Source: Phoronis australis
Lineage: Eukaryota; Animalia; Phoronida
Assembly: GCA_002633005.1 (NCBI GenBank)
Contig: NMRA01000925.1
Span: 1-64,000, forward strand
Direction: 5' to 3'
Length of the DNA: 64,000 nucleotides
Below, one piece after another: positions 1 to 11,767 of this stretch. Numbering within the stretch: position 1 is the first letter of the stretch; the number at the start of each line of letters is the position of its first letter. The notes beneath the pieces are model-generated. The model worked only from the letters and a program-made list of their open reading frames with translations. It was not told where the DNA came from and searched no databases. Both the position numbers and the translations under genes were made by a program.

Positions 1-580
1 TGCATGCGCGAGCTTCAGGCCTACGGCCAATCATTCTCCGGTTTGAAAATCGCAGAACTTGCATCACTCAAGAGGGGAAACGAAAATACCTGAGGTGTTC
101 CAGATTGTACGCAATTGGATGACACTTCAAATACGGTAGTTGTACTTCCATTTCCCATATTTCATGCACGTGAAATTAAGAATTATGCTAATTAACCATG
201 GCAAACTAAACTTAAAGTTTGTTTTACCATAATAGGATTGGTGTCAACATTCAGTTACTTTTGAGAGATTAGGTAAGAATATTTGGTTCTGGTCTGTGGT
301 TATTTTAAAATGGATCTGGTAATGCGGTGTTCTAGTATTTTTTCAAACACAAAAAACACCTCCTGCAAACTTTAGTGGTACGGTAATTTCTTTTTATCAA
401 AATGTCTCCTTATATCAGCTATAGTAGTGCGGTAGTACACTTTTGGTTTCATTCAACTGAAATCAGAAATGCAGTGACGCGAATGGGTGCAATGGAGACA
501 TGGGGTTAGCGATGCAATTTAACAGACTCGAGTCAACGGTGCTAATTTTATAATGATTGCAATCTGAATCAAGTAACTTA

Positions 581-781
581 CGGTCATTTCTCTAACAGTT
601 CGTACACTAATTATATAGGCTTACGAACTAATTTTCCCTTGAAAGCTTCCTGTTCAAATTAATAGAGACAGAAGTGGGTATACGAACTATTAGAGATGAA
701 ACACCTACTGTACGAACTCTTTGTGAAAAATGTCGTGTTTCAAGAGTAGTGTACGAATTTTTAGGGTTAGAGAAATGACCG
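581..781. mobile_element. MITE with TA target duplication (Tc1/mariner-type non-autonomous)
   Basis: TA|CGGTCATTTCTCTAAC ... GTTAGAGAAATGACCG|TA: perfect 16-bp TIR, with internal TACGAAC subrepeats. Confidence 0.8.
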
Positions 782-1102
782 TACTACGTATATAGGTATT
801 TCTTCATTATAAATACACAGATGTAGAATAAGCAATTCCAGGTTCAGCAAACGAAACTTTAGCAAAATGAGGAATGCATTCTATATTTCCACAAGCGACT
901 AAAAAAACCGCCCCACGGTTTATTTTGAGAATTCGAAAATTGCCCACGTACGCATTGCCTGCAACTTGAGTTGGTTGAGTTGGTAACGGAAATGGAATCT
1001 TATTAGTAGAAAAAGAAGTAAGTAACTGGTTAAATGTGAATTTTGCGACTGAATATGCGACCACGTCGAAAACTGGTGTAACTCATTTGTTTGGTTGATT
1101 AC

Positions 1103-2397
1103 CTGTTGGAGCACAGCAAGGCGCATGCCGATCGGGAAGGCGTAGCTTTCTCTGTCTGCTGTTCCATATAAGAGCGCACTGAATGTGGCTCCTTTACCGT
1201 CGATTGATATCCGGTGTGCACCTCCAGCGAAACTGAAGTGGGTTGCTCTGTAAATACCCTGTGAATCGTTGCGCCACGTGAGGTTGAACTGGTTGTCAAG
1301 TGGTAAGCCGTCGAACAAGAGATCCTGCTTGTGCTCGGTGCGGACAACTAACATTAGATAGTGCGTGTAATCGCCGCCTGTGTCACCACCTGTGTACTGC
1401 GGAGTTTGAAATGTGTAATCGTTACTCCATTGGTCAGTCGGTGGAATGAGTATCATTGCTGGATCGGCGAGTTCATTGTCGTCCAGTTGGCTGTAAACAA
1501 TCTGTACCACCAGTATTGGCTTATTGGAGGTAATGGCGCCATAGTGGTCAGACGAGAGCTTGATTTCTCGGTAGTCTCCTGTTTTCGAGAGGGTGAAATT
1601 TGCGACATTGTGGATCGAAACTTGTGCATTATCTGCTCCCGTAACGATACGAAATACGTCACCTGTCGTGCGCCCTGGGATAGCTGATGTGAAAAACGTC
1701 TTTCCCCACGTACTCACGGGAGGAATTTGTTCAACCAGGTGGTCACGGGAGTTTCCGGCACCGACATTAGTCCTCACGTTCCCGCTAAATACAGCTACAA
1801 CCTTATCGGACGAGACAGATGTACCCGTCAAATCACCAAAACTCTGAGCCTGGAACACCTGGTAACGATCGAGCTTGATGGTTAAGACTTCCCCGTTCGT
1901 ATACGTTTTGCCGTTGTACTGTACGGAAACAGGTGCATTCGCTGAATTCGCCGGAAATGTCACAACTACGCGTGTGTCGCCTTCTGCTGCCACAACAGCA
2001 AACTGTGTTGCAATTTCCGGTGGCGCGTAAGACACGGTGTAATACTGGGTTCCCAATGCTTTCAACGGTAACGCAAGAAATCCGTCATTCGAAAACTCCT
2101 CTTTATTAACACCGTAGACTATAATGTCGTCTGATGCCGTCACTACTATAACCTTTGACTGCACGCTGGTTCCGCTCATGCGCAAAGCTGGGCTTATGTT
2201 AAAAAGTTTTGTGCTGCCCGGTGTAACGGTGGCAGACATAGCAGGTGTATCACTGCCAGGCAGAGTTACGTTGACTTGTATCGACGCGTTGCTTGTTGAC
2301 GACACGTACACTTCAAGTGGAAAGTTCTTTGGTGTCTCGACTTTGTTTTCCATATAGGTCAACAAAAATTTGCGCCCTCTTGTGTCAGTGAATTGGG
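1103..2397 (-). CDS. Internal coding exon of an IgGFc-binding-protein-like (FCGBP N-terminal domain) secreted/mucus protein; other exons not identified
   Basis: Acceptor ttttcgtcttgtttttacAG before 2397 and donor CAG|GTAATC at 1103/1102. Translation DTRGRKFLLTYMEN...SNDGFLALPLKALGTQYY...SSDKVVAVFSGN...DHLVEQIPPVSTWGKTF...SNKPILVVQ...DPAMILIPP...ESYAFPIG matches hallmark IgGFc_binding-domain motifs. The ORF-track tail 920-1102 is intron read-through. Confidence 0.88.
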
Positions 2398-3011
2398 CTG
2401 TAAAAACAAGACGAAAATTAAACAGGTCTTTACAAAATCTATTTTATTGCGACATTTACAACTTCAGAGAGCAGGTGAGACTGCATTTTATATTGAGGGT
2501 AAAAATAACTTCTGGTCAGATTGGTTTAAACATTACGAATCATTTGTCCTTCTTTATCAGACTGAAACGGTCGTAGTTTAAAAAAAATGGTGGCCGAGGA
2601 ACGAACAAACACGTTTAGTGCGTTGATTTTGAAAATACGAGAATGTATCATCTGGAAATCCAAACTGGATTGCTTTTGTGCGTTTGCCTGCTTTAAACGG
2701 TAACGTACGTGAATTAGCTTGGTGCTATGTTTTGAACATCATTCTCAGCATGCCAGTGCCATTAGTTGCTTCATCGTGAGACAATATATGGCACGAAAAG
2801 GAAACTTCATTCAAAGTTATACTAGCCTACGTTTGAGTGGTTAAATCGTGCTCTCTTATGTTGCTAAAACAATGATTGGGACAATTAGGAAGCCTTATAC
2901 ATCTTAAGTAACAGGAGCAACGCGGACACGACTGCAACATTAACGGTATGCCAGGGGTGTTTAGTAGTATCATAGAAATTAGCACAAGATGACACAGAAT
3001 GCGTCGAACTC

Positions 3012-3155
3012 GTCCGAAAATGGCAATTCATTGTTGTCACCCTGATAGAAACCTATTTGTCTAACTTCATGAAAATCCGTTGAGGAACCCGTCCGATAAT
3101 GGTTGGCATCGTTGCCTTCCTTGAAATCAATCTGTCCAATTTCATGAAAACGTGT
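3012..3155. repeat. Diverged tandem duplication, two ~79-bp units
   Basis: GTCCGAwAATGG...TGTCyAAyTTCATGAAAA occurs at 3012 and again at 3091. Confidence 0.55.
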
Positions 3156-3206
3156 TAAGGAACTGTAAAGATGCAGAGGCTAATGGTCACTAGATGGCGC
3201 AGAAAG

Positions 3207-3724
3207 CTTGTGTGTTTAGAACTGAAAAAAATCGCAAGTCTAAAAGAACAACACACAGCTATCTTTTTTGTCTTTATTTCACAGAAGAATGATTCGAATT
3301 TATCACCAAACAGACCAAAACTCCCGCGATCGACCATGATAAATTGGCCTCAACGAACCTAGGTGTCTACGCTCAGTCCTTGACCGAACTCTGTAGGCTA
3401 CCGTACGTTCAAATACCTATAGATCGGTAACAGTGAAATAAAACAACACATTTGTTCAAGAACTCGATGTATTTGTAAAGGTTTTACATCGAAATTTGAT
3501 GATTTATTGGTGTAAAACGATGCATTCAAGCGATAAGTTGACACCAGTAAGTGTGTTGTTAACGGCTGAACCGACTACGTTCGAACCGATTACGTCATTG
3601 ATTAAGTTCAACACCTCCGTCTACCGTCAGGTGTCAGGTAAAACAACTGAACTTGCTGTTATCGCGTGGGTCTACTCGATCTAAATTGATACAAAATAGG
3701 TTGCTTTTTGGGTGGAATTCTCCT
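3207..3724 (-). mobile_element. Partial copy of the Kolobok-type element at 31175-32809
   Basis: Reverse complement aligns with 31175-31635 and ends in GGGTGGAATTCTCCT|TTAA. Confidence 0.8.
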
Positions 3725-4140
3725 TTAAATTCAACCTGGAGTGAGTGAATGGTGCTGTCATTTCTACTACAAAAACTTCCATTTTCTCGAAAACTCATCA
3801 ATGAGAAGGGCTTGTCGTCATTTTAATTGAAACTAATTTACCGTATTTCGAGAAAATCTGTCAAGGAACATTAAAGATACAGACGTAAAAGTAAAAAAGA
3901 TTAAGATTGGCAATAGCGGACACAGCGGTAGTCAGATCCGTCCAAAAGTCGTTGTCATTCGTTGTCCCATTGCTAGAAAAACATTATTATCAAAAGATGC
4001 TAAGTAGTCAGACCCGTCACAAAATAAATGTCAGTCGTGACCTTCTCAGCAGGAACACATCTCAGTTTTACGAAGTTCCTCTTAGTGGATTGATGAAATT
4101 TTACAATAATAGTTGGTACATTAAAAAACAACAGCATCAA

Positions 4141-4212
4141 CATGGGCGGCGCACCATAGGGGGCTGGGGGCCGGGGCTATAGGCCCCCCCCCACAGTGCT
4201 GCGCCGCCCGTG
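4141..4212. mobile_element. Very short GC-rich MITE, same family as 19626-19880
   Basis: CATGGGCGGCGCA ... TGCGCCGCCCGTG termini; GGGGCT/GCCCCC core. Confidence 0.65.
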
Positions 4213-4619
4213 TAGATGTAAATGTTTAAGATGGAATCTTAAAAAGCTGTTACAATTTACTAAATAATCGATATATTTTCGCTTTGTGCATCTTTTTGAG
4301 TTCTTTAGTTCATACAAATTCCAAAGGTGTTATTTTTGTTAACCCGAACCCCTCGTGCAAAACTGGATCATTTTAAAAACAATTCCTATCAGGGTTTTGA
4401 AGAACAGCGCACAAAGTATAGTACTGTTTGACAGTTTCACATGAATCCGATCAGCCATTTTTGAGATATGAGGTTCCGAAACAAAGAATGGTCAAATTTA
4501 CAAAATGGTGTTCACAAGCATTCAAGACTGCCTATACTTACCCTGTCCACATACTGACGCCGTTATTGTGCACCAGAGCAGCAACAGCCGAGCCCCTGTG
4601 GCCAACGCGCCCACACTTT

Positions 4620-4892
4620 GGGCCATCCTGAAAAGATTTCAGCAAGTGCGTACACCAGAGATCTCTTCCATAAAAAGTGAGAAATTTGGTCTTATGCCCC
4701 CACCTCACGTTTACCAAACAAGGTTCGTCGTGTACTTGTTTGCACACCACCGCCTGGAACTATTCTTGACAAAATTTCTCTGTCGAAACCTTGGGTATTC
4801 TGCTAAAGTGAGTTTTAATTATTTCTCAGAAATGGTTATGTGGAGCGTATGACGAAAGTTCTGTCTCAAGTCACTTTTTACGAAACAGGCCC
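4620..4892. mobile_element. PIF/Harbinger-like MITE (GGGCC termini), diverged
   Basis: GGGCCATCCTGAAAAG ... CTTTTTACGAAACAGGCCC; related termini at 47443, 48673-48908 and 49690-50298. Confidence 0.5.
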
Positions 4893-7349
4893 CAGGGAAG
4901 TACCTTCCTCCTTCACGTTTCCACGAGCATTCTCATTAACAACGTAATTTCCTCATGAGCGCAATTTCTCACCTGGATTTGCAGTTCTTGTCTCATTAAC
5001 CGCAATTTAGTTTTTACGAACTCATTTCTTTTCAAGCCAGATGACGACAGGAGTTAAGTGTTGCGCCTGCTTGATTCTACGTAGATTGCGCTACGAACAA
5101 CGAATCAAATCAGTCCGGCCACAACTACTGTCAATAAATAGAATTGTATTCGTAAGAATAGAAATGCGGCAAGTAGGCCTAATAAATGACTGGACACTTG
5201 TGAGAAAAGGCCTGTATTTAACTAAGAAAAAATTAGGCTGTTGTAGTCCTCTTGGGAGGAAGCTTTCTTAACTTCATTTGATCGAGTCAGCAGGCTACAG
5301 ATTGTCGGTGCGTGCGAGAACGAAAATGGGTCAACTCAAAAGTACACCCATGAGTGTATTGTTGGAAAGTTTTCCAAAAGTACGCCCATGGGCGTATTTT
5401 TGGTAATAACTAGTTTGCAAGTTTTAAATCAGACGAATTGTTCTGAAAAACGTATGTAACATATTTTGATGTAGGAGAAAATAAAAACGTTTCAGGAGAC
5501 GTTCCTAATCATCAATAGTAGATCTAAAATTGCGAATGTTCATGGAGAGGAAATAGCTATACGAAATACAAAATGCTTACATAACTCGCAAAAGTAAAAA
5601 TGTCAGTTTCGCGATTGATTTCGCCAGGCATTTTTACCGTTGGAAAACTTACAATTGACGAAACGTGCTTTTGTCCTAGTAGTTCATCTTTAGAAATAGA
5701 CAAGTCAATGGTAACTATGAATCGCGATGAAGTCCAGATATAGAAGAATTTATTGTTAATTGTTTTAGTTGTTCTTCGATTTTATATGCCATCTTTCCAG
5801 GTTGCAACTAAAAGGTTAATAAACTGGCGATTTCAAAGGTTTGATTTTTGCCACTAACTATAAAAAGTCATTGGGCTTCATGCGGGACCCCCAGTTGGCG
5901 AACTGCGCAAAAAGGTCCGCCTCAGAGAAACAAAAACTCAGAAGAAAGTAGAAAATGAGGCAGAAGTCCACTGAAAAGGCAGGAACTATCAAAATTCGGC
6001 GAATACACAATTCCTAGCTGTGAAGGTGTTCCGTGAATCTTTGGTACATTTTTAGGCTACGTGCGCGCGCGGGCTTGGAAAGAAGTAACGGTTCGTCAAT
6101 GCATCAGACACCGTAAGGGAATTCCGGGCGGTTTGTAATAGAATAAGAACACAGTGGCGTTGCTTTGAAAAGGGCTGTTAGCGTGGGAAGAAAGTGCATG
6201 TTTTGATCATCAAATATGACTTGTGTTGTGGCTTTAATAAAGCTTGCAAAGATGCTGTAAAAAGGAAACGAAGCTCGAGAATTTCTACAAAAGTGTCCTT
6301 ACAGTTTTCTCAAATGTAAATTTTAAAGGTTTACATTCATGTTAATCCCTGGATAAAAACAGATTCATACAAATCAGACGGTATACCTGTCCGGGAGGTT
6401 AGTGAGAATCGCAACCCAAGGATCCCCGTGATACACACTGCAGCTAGCAGAGGAATATTCATCCCGATACTTTTTCTAATGTTCGATTTTGAAAAGGTGC
6501 TTATGCCCATGTCGTAATCTCTTTGGTCTGTGTGCTGGTTTGAGTGTTCAGTGAGCCAATTCAGGCCTGGGGCTGAGTGATATGCAAAAACATGATGGCT
6601 GGACATCTGGTGATATCACTGTACTGATAGTCTCCAGTTGTGGTAGTGTCTCCTATAACCGTTGTGGAATAATAGGATTTGGATGAGACGTAATTACGAT
6701 TAAAGACACTCTATCCGTTTCTTGTCAGAGGAAACTTCATAAAAGGAAACTGACAGCAAACTAATCTGGCTTCTAGTTATTCCTTGATGATGCTCTTCCA
6801 ACAAGTAATAAAACTGTCGGAACTGAATATGGAATTTTCAAACTAATTTTTGAATTTTTGGTGGTGCACTAACAAAATGGCCACCACAGTTGAACGAAAT
6901 AAACTTCACCTTTTATGAACTGCCAGAAAGAAACCCAAATACACACAGAACTGTAAGTTACGGAATGTCTCAATTACGATGTCTCTCGGTTGATGAAACT
7001 AATTTCCGCGTTTTAAATTGAGAGAGAAAAACAGAACGCACTACGCAGTCGTTACTTTCTTTATCCATGGACCACACATCTTGATTACCATAAGGGCCGG
7101 ACAGGTTTTTGTAAATGTGGCAGATTAGTCAGGGAAGTAAAACTCTGGTTCTGTGGTAGGACACATCCTGGCTTGAAATCTGATTTTGCGAAAACCCGTT
7201 ACACTTCTTGGATTGGAGAAAACGTAAACATCGAGAAAATAAATCTGATTTTTGGAAAACGTCAGCCAAGCTCTCCTTATAGGAACATGTATAAATAAAT
7301 GTGCTCATAAAAAGATACAGGTGTACACATATGTCGCTTGAGAGTACTT

Positions 7350-7868
7350 TCTGAATCTGTCCATTACGTTGAAGTAACCAATGTTAGCATCGTGACAACG
7401 GGGAGAGAGCACAGGAATCCAAACAACAACAGTTTGAGGCCTAATCGTAGGTTGAGCTGTCACTAATTCCTCGTGCAGTTGATTCCAGTCTAGTACTGTA
7501 CGTGGGAATAAAGATTATCTGTAGTTGTCCGTTCTGTACACAATAGGTTGGAAGTACTTGCTATTTCTCCTTTGAATGTTTACAATTGTAGATGATGCTT
7601 CATAGTCTGTGAATTTTTAATAGATGATCTGCGGTTATTTCAGATAGGTTTGACGAAATGTTCGGAGATAGCGTGGGTAAACGACCTGTTGTCACCTTGT
7701 GAAATAAACGGAAGTCTAAGTTCCTTCTTCCTGTCAGCGAGGCTGGTAAGGTCGGTGTTACTAACTTAATAAGGATCTGATAGAGCCGGGTTGTTTAGAA
7801 GTGTAATCACCACCTTGTTTTGAATTCTTTCCAAACTATCTGTGTCTGCTCGTAGATGGGGGTCCCAT
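7350..7868 (-). mobile_element. 3' fragment of a decayed CR1-group LINE
   Basis: Minus-strand translation gives WDPHLRADTDSLERIQNK and RTDNYR*SLFPRTVLDWNQLHEELV, typical of the CR1/L2 ORF2 C-terminus; contains stops and frameshifts. Confidence 0.75.
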
Positions 7869-7876
7869 ATGACAGC

Positions 7877-9262
7877 TGTGACACGCCGTAAAATGTAACA
7901 ATTTCGTAAAATGTTAGAACTGTTACATTTTGCGTTGCTATGCCTCTCCTAAAATGTAACAAGTTGTTACATTTTATGTAGTTGTTACAATTTACGTCGT
8001 ATGCACGTGCGAGAAATGTACCATCGTTACATTTTACGAAAGCAACGTCATCTTTCATGCATAGTACTTGTCACACGGAGGAAAACGGTTCACAAACTTA
8101 ACGGCTTCTTTCTCGTATTGTTTGAATGAAATTCTGTCAAATGTGCCAGCTCCAATTTATTAATGTGAGCCTATGCACTTTCCATTGTTTTTTGAACATG
8201 AATAGTTTCTTGGTTTAGTCAAAAAATTTTTGCCGCACAGTATCAACTCCAGACGCAAGGAGTTTCCAGGATCAGGTAACAAGTTTGTTATTGTTCAAAG
8301 CATAAGAAAACGCACTTCCCTTTGGTAAGCACAGCTGAAACAATGACATCGCCTTTTGGATAATATTTATCGTATTTCTTCGGGAAAAAAACGACCGCAA
8401 CAAAAATTTTCATGGAGAATTCGTTTTGGGATGCCAATTTGATATAAAAAAATCACGAGTTTCAGTCCAGTTAGTTATGTTACAAACAATACCGTGCTTG
8501 CAAATAGTTCGGAAAAAATCAATTTTTGAAGTTGGCATACGTCTATGAATCTTAACCTCCTCGTTTATAAAAAGTAGGTCTACTCTGCATCCACAGCTGT
8601 CAAGATGTTTCTCAAAATATCGTTAAGGTTGAACCTAGGAACTCCTTTAAAATCCTTTTGAAACATTACTCCCTGTCCATTATGGGAAGCCCGATACGCG
8701 GTGAAAACATAGAACTATAAATGAGATGATTTAAAAATCTTTGACGACCATGATGTATTAATACTTTGTTAAGCATGTATTGCACAATGCACTGTGACCT
8801 CGTTAAATGTATTCAATAATAATAACAATAACAGTAATAATTCATGCGACCTGTCAGGTCGGAAGGTATTCCTATACAAGCGGTATACTAAAAGTGCCTC
8901 CCGAAAGGGTGTTTGTCACAGCAAAAAAATACTTTCCATAATGGTGCCATTTTCGACAAAATACTATTTATAAAGGTGTTTTTTCTGAATTTTTGGAACG
9001 GAACTGTGCGAAAATTACACTCTAAATGGGTAAATTTTCGGGAGGCACCCTCGTCTAACAATACTAGTAAGAGTAACCGCGGCCGTGTCAGATACCACTT
9101 GTTAGTGCTTTTGGTCTCTTAACTTGTGATATGACGTTGGTTTCGAAAATGTAACAAAGTTACATTTCTCCCATGTGCATTCTACGTAAACTGTAACAAT
9201 TACGTAAGATGTAACAACTTCTTACATTTTAGGAGAGGCTCAGCAACGTAAAATGTAATAAT
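7877..9262. mobile_element. DNA element with ~130-bp imperfect TIRs built from AAAATGTAAC subrepeats
   Basis: 7919-8050 is the inverted match of 9132-9260; the outer end of the right arm is truncated. Confidence 0.7.
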
Positions 9263-11020
9263 CTGTGGCAACTTGCAGGTCAATCCTAGTCTCATGCACA
9301 TTCAAATTGTTAAAGATGAAAATTGTCAACATGGAAATGATACGTGATCTTGGATCGGGGTACAAATTAAAGGATTGTCGCCGGAAAAATCTGATACGCG
9401 ATTACTGGTGACTGTCAGTGCAAGGACAAGCGACTTTGAGAATTTGTTGTACCCCTATCAAAGAACATGATTCGCTCCGATGTACAGCATACAGAAAATT
9501 CGGTTCAATATTTGAGTTTTTCCGTCATATCCCGTAGACTGGGATCCTACAAATTTAAGTATTTTTCTTTTTTGTTTATGAAGTTTTTATAAAGTTTTGG
9601 ATAATATTCTTTCATCCGGTTTTGTAATAACATTTCGTAATTTGACTATTTAGCATGGGGTGTCTAAGTTTTCAATATCTAAAAAAAGGCACGTAACCGT
9701 CAATTTTTGGACAAAATCGGTGTCGAGAATCTAATAGGCGTGACTCAAAATGAGCACATGTTATGAGCGCTAGCGACAAAGCCGCTCCTTTCGGTGATTC
9801 ATAATGACGTAACACCGAATTGGTGCAATCAGGACTGCAGGTTATCCAAACGTAGAATGTTACAATCAATATCTATAACACATTCACAATCTAATTGTCA
9901 TCACTTACTGGGAATGTCAAAATTGCAATGTTTTGATGACATTTCTTGTTTGATAATCTGAAATTAAATTTACTGGAATTAATTGCATGAATCACGTGTG
10001 AATATGCCCAATGCGCACGGTGGCAACGCCCAAGCCAAAATGTAATACAAGCATAATGTACATGGCAGACTTCTGGTGTCAGAAACGTGTCAAAAATTCC
10101 CTACCTGCCGTCGTGACACGTCCGCACGTGAAATTTCTTTTTTCTTCAATTACAAATTATCCAACACGTTGTCGAGCGGACGGTGAAAACTGACACGACT
10201 ACAGTACTCAGTGACAAACGTACGAGTGACAATAGTAACGAGCACACCCTGCTTGTGGGATTACTCTACAATGCAGCGTTACGTAATGGCTCTATAGACG
10301 TAATGCTTGAAGTAAGCCAAACGGCATCATTGAACAATGAGAGCTTTCAGGTCAGGATACCAAACTATTTTTGTAGTGCGTACTGAATGCTCGGTAGCAT
10401 GAGCAAAGTGCGCTAAAACGGGTTGCAATATTGAATACCGCGGAACGGGAAATTTTGCCTCAGTTTATCTCAATGGGCTGGGGCTGCAACTAGCGTCAAA
10501 GGAATTACAGGAGACCAAAGTTAAAGTTGTATTTCGCCCTGTTTAGATGACGAAAAACATTACGCCTTTTATTCTCATCAAATTGGTCTCGTAATATTCC
10601 TTAACGTGACAGGATTTTATTTCCGTCACCAACACAGACATCGAAACCATCGAGATCACTTAGGATTCATTTTGTTCGCAATCATTTTTTATTATATGCT
10701 GGCAGTTGTCTTTTTCTAAGATTGAGTGATTCCGTCAACATAACTTAGCAGTGCTGCAGTGGGGCGTAGTCGCAGCCAACGACCTTTTGGCATTTGAACG
10801 TAGCGCCTACGCACCGTAAGTTACGTTCAGTGCTCAAGGTGATACGATGGGCCTTGGGCGCCTACTTACCACTAATTTTACCACTACAGCACTCACATCT
10901 TAGCCGGGACATTTCACTTGCCGTTTACAGTGGATTTACAACCAACGTGTTATCCCATCTCAGTCTATAGCTTTTAGTGTGATCACTTCAGGACGAAGTC
11001 GGTGCACAACAGAGGTGTGG
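8620..11020 (+). repeat. Copy 1 of a 2.4-kb near-identical direct duplication
   Basis: Aligns end to end with 11768-14169 with scattered SNPs and small indels; ORF-track pairs 10011/13149 and 10183/13321 are near-identical. Confidence 0.95.
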
Positions 11021-11766
11021 TACGGTAAAGTCGCGTGATTTTCGGACGGCCCGCCATTTTCGACCAAGAATAAATATTTCCGAAATGAGTTTTTCATGGT
11101 CCACGAAATTCGTACAAGGTCCAAAAACAGTTTTTCAAAGATCCTCGAATTTCGTACATTGTCATAAACATCGGAATTTTGTCCCGCGACTTTCGGACAA
11201 GGAAAATTTTAGAAACGGTAATTTGGGATCGACGCAACTCCCGTGTCACTAAAGCGTTCAACGGATGATTACTACTGTATAAGGCTTGAGTACGAGAGTC
11301 GGTATAACGGGTTTGTAATTTTTACCTTGTCTTGACGATGTCACGACCGTTACTCGATTGTCTTGCGTTTAGCTTGTGTGTGGCGCTTTAGCTATGAAAA
11401 GAATCACCGAGTTCCGCATAACGAAAATTTCTGATGAAAACACAAATGGGAAATACACCGAAGGCTTCAACTTTTCGTTGTAGCGTAACATGTGCTCTGG
11501 TTTAAATAGGCCGTGCTGTTCGACTCCCGACTGTGACATTGAACATGCACGCCTGACATCAACTTGCGTGTTTACGAAACGTTTTTATTTTAAAACATCC
11601 TGGCCTTTGCAAATGCCCAACTATCGCCGGACAATAAGTTTTGCTGCCACTTACCTGCATCCCGGCGAATGATTGAAATCTTCGTGCAGCCGTTCTGGGC
11701 TTGCTTAATAATTTTGAATGGGACAGTTAGCAAGGAATGAGCCACCACTGACTAACATTCAGACGT
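11021..11766. mobile_element. Probable TA-type DNA element end, absent from copy 2 and cut by the N at 11767
   Basis: Begins TA|CGGTAAAG exactly where homology to copy 2 stops; repeated TTTCGGAC/TTCGTAC subterminal motifs. Confidence 0.5.
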
Positions 11767-11767
11767 N

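Noticed and set aside
920-1102. C-terminal 60 aa of the 481-aa ORF, with an apparent hydrophobic anchor (YLLLFLLIRF)
   Set aside because: Lies after a strong donor (CAG|GTAATC) at the domain end; AT-rich intron read-through
6337-6690. 89-aa minus-strand ORF with a hydrophobic stretch
   Set aside because: No recognisable family; another frame weakly resembles a LINE C-terminus (RLRHGH..F..W...LP) but is too degraded to call
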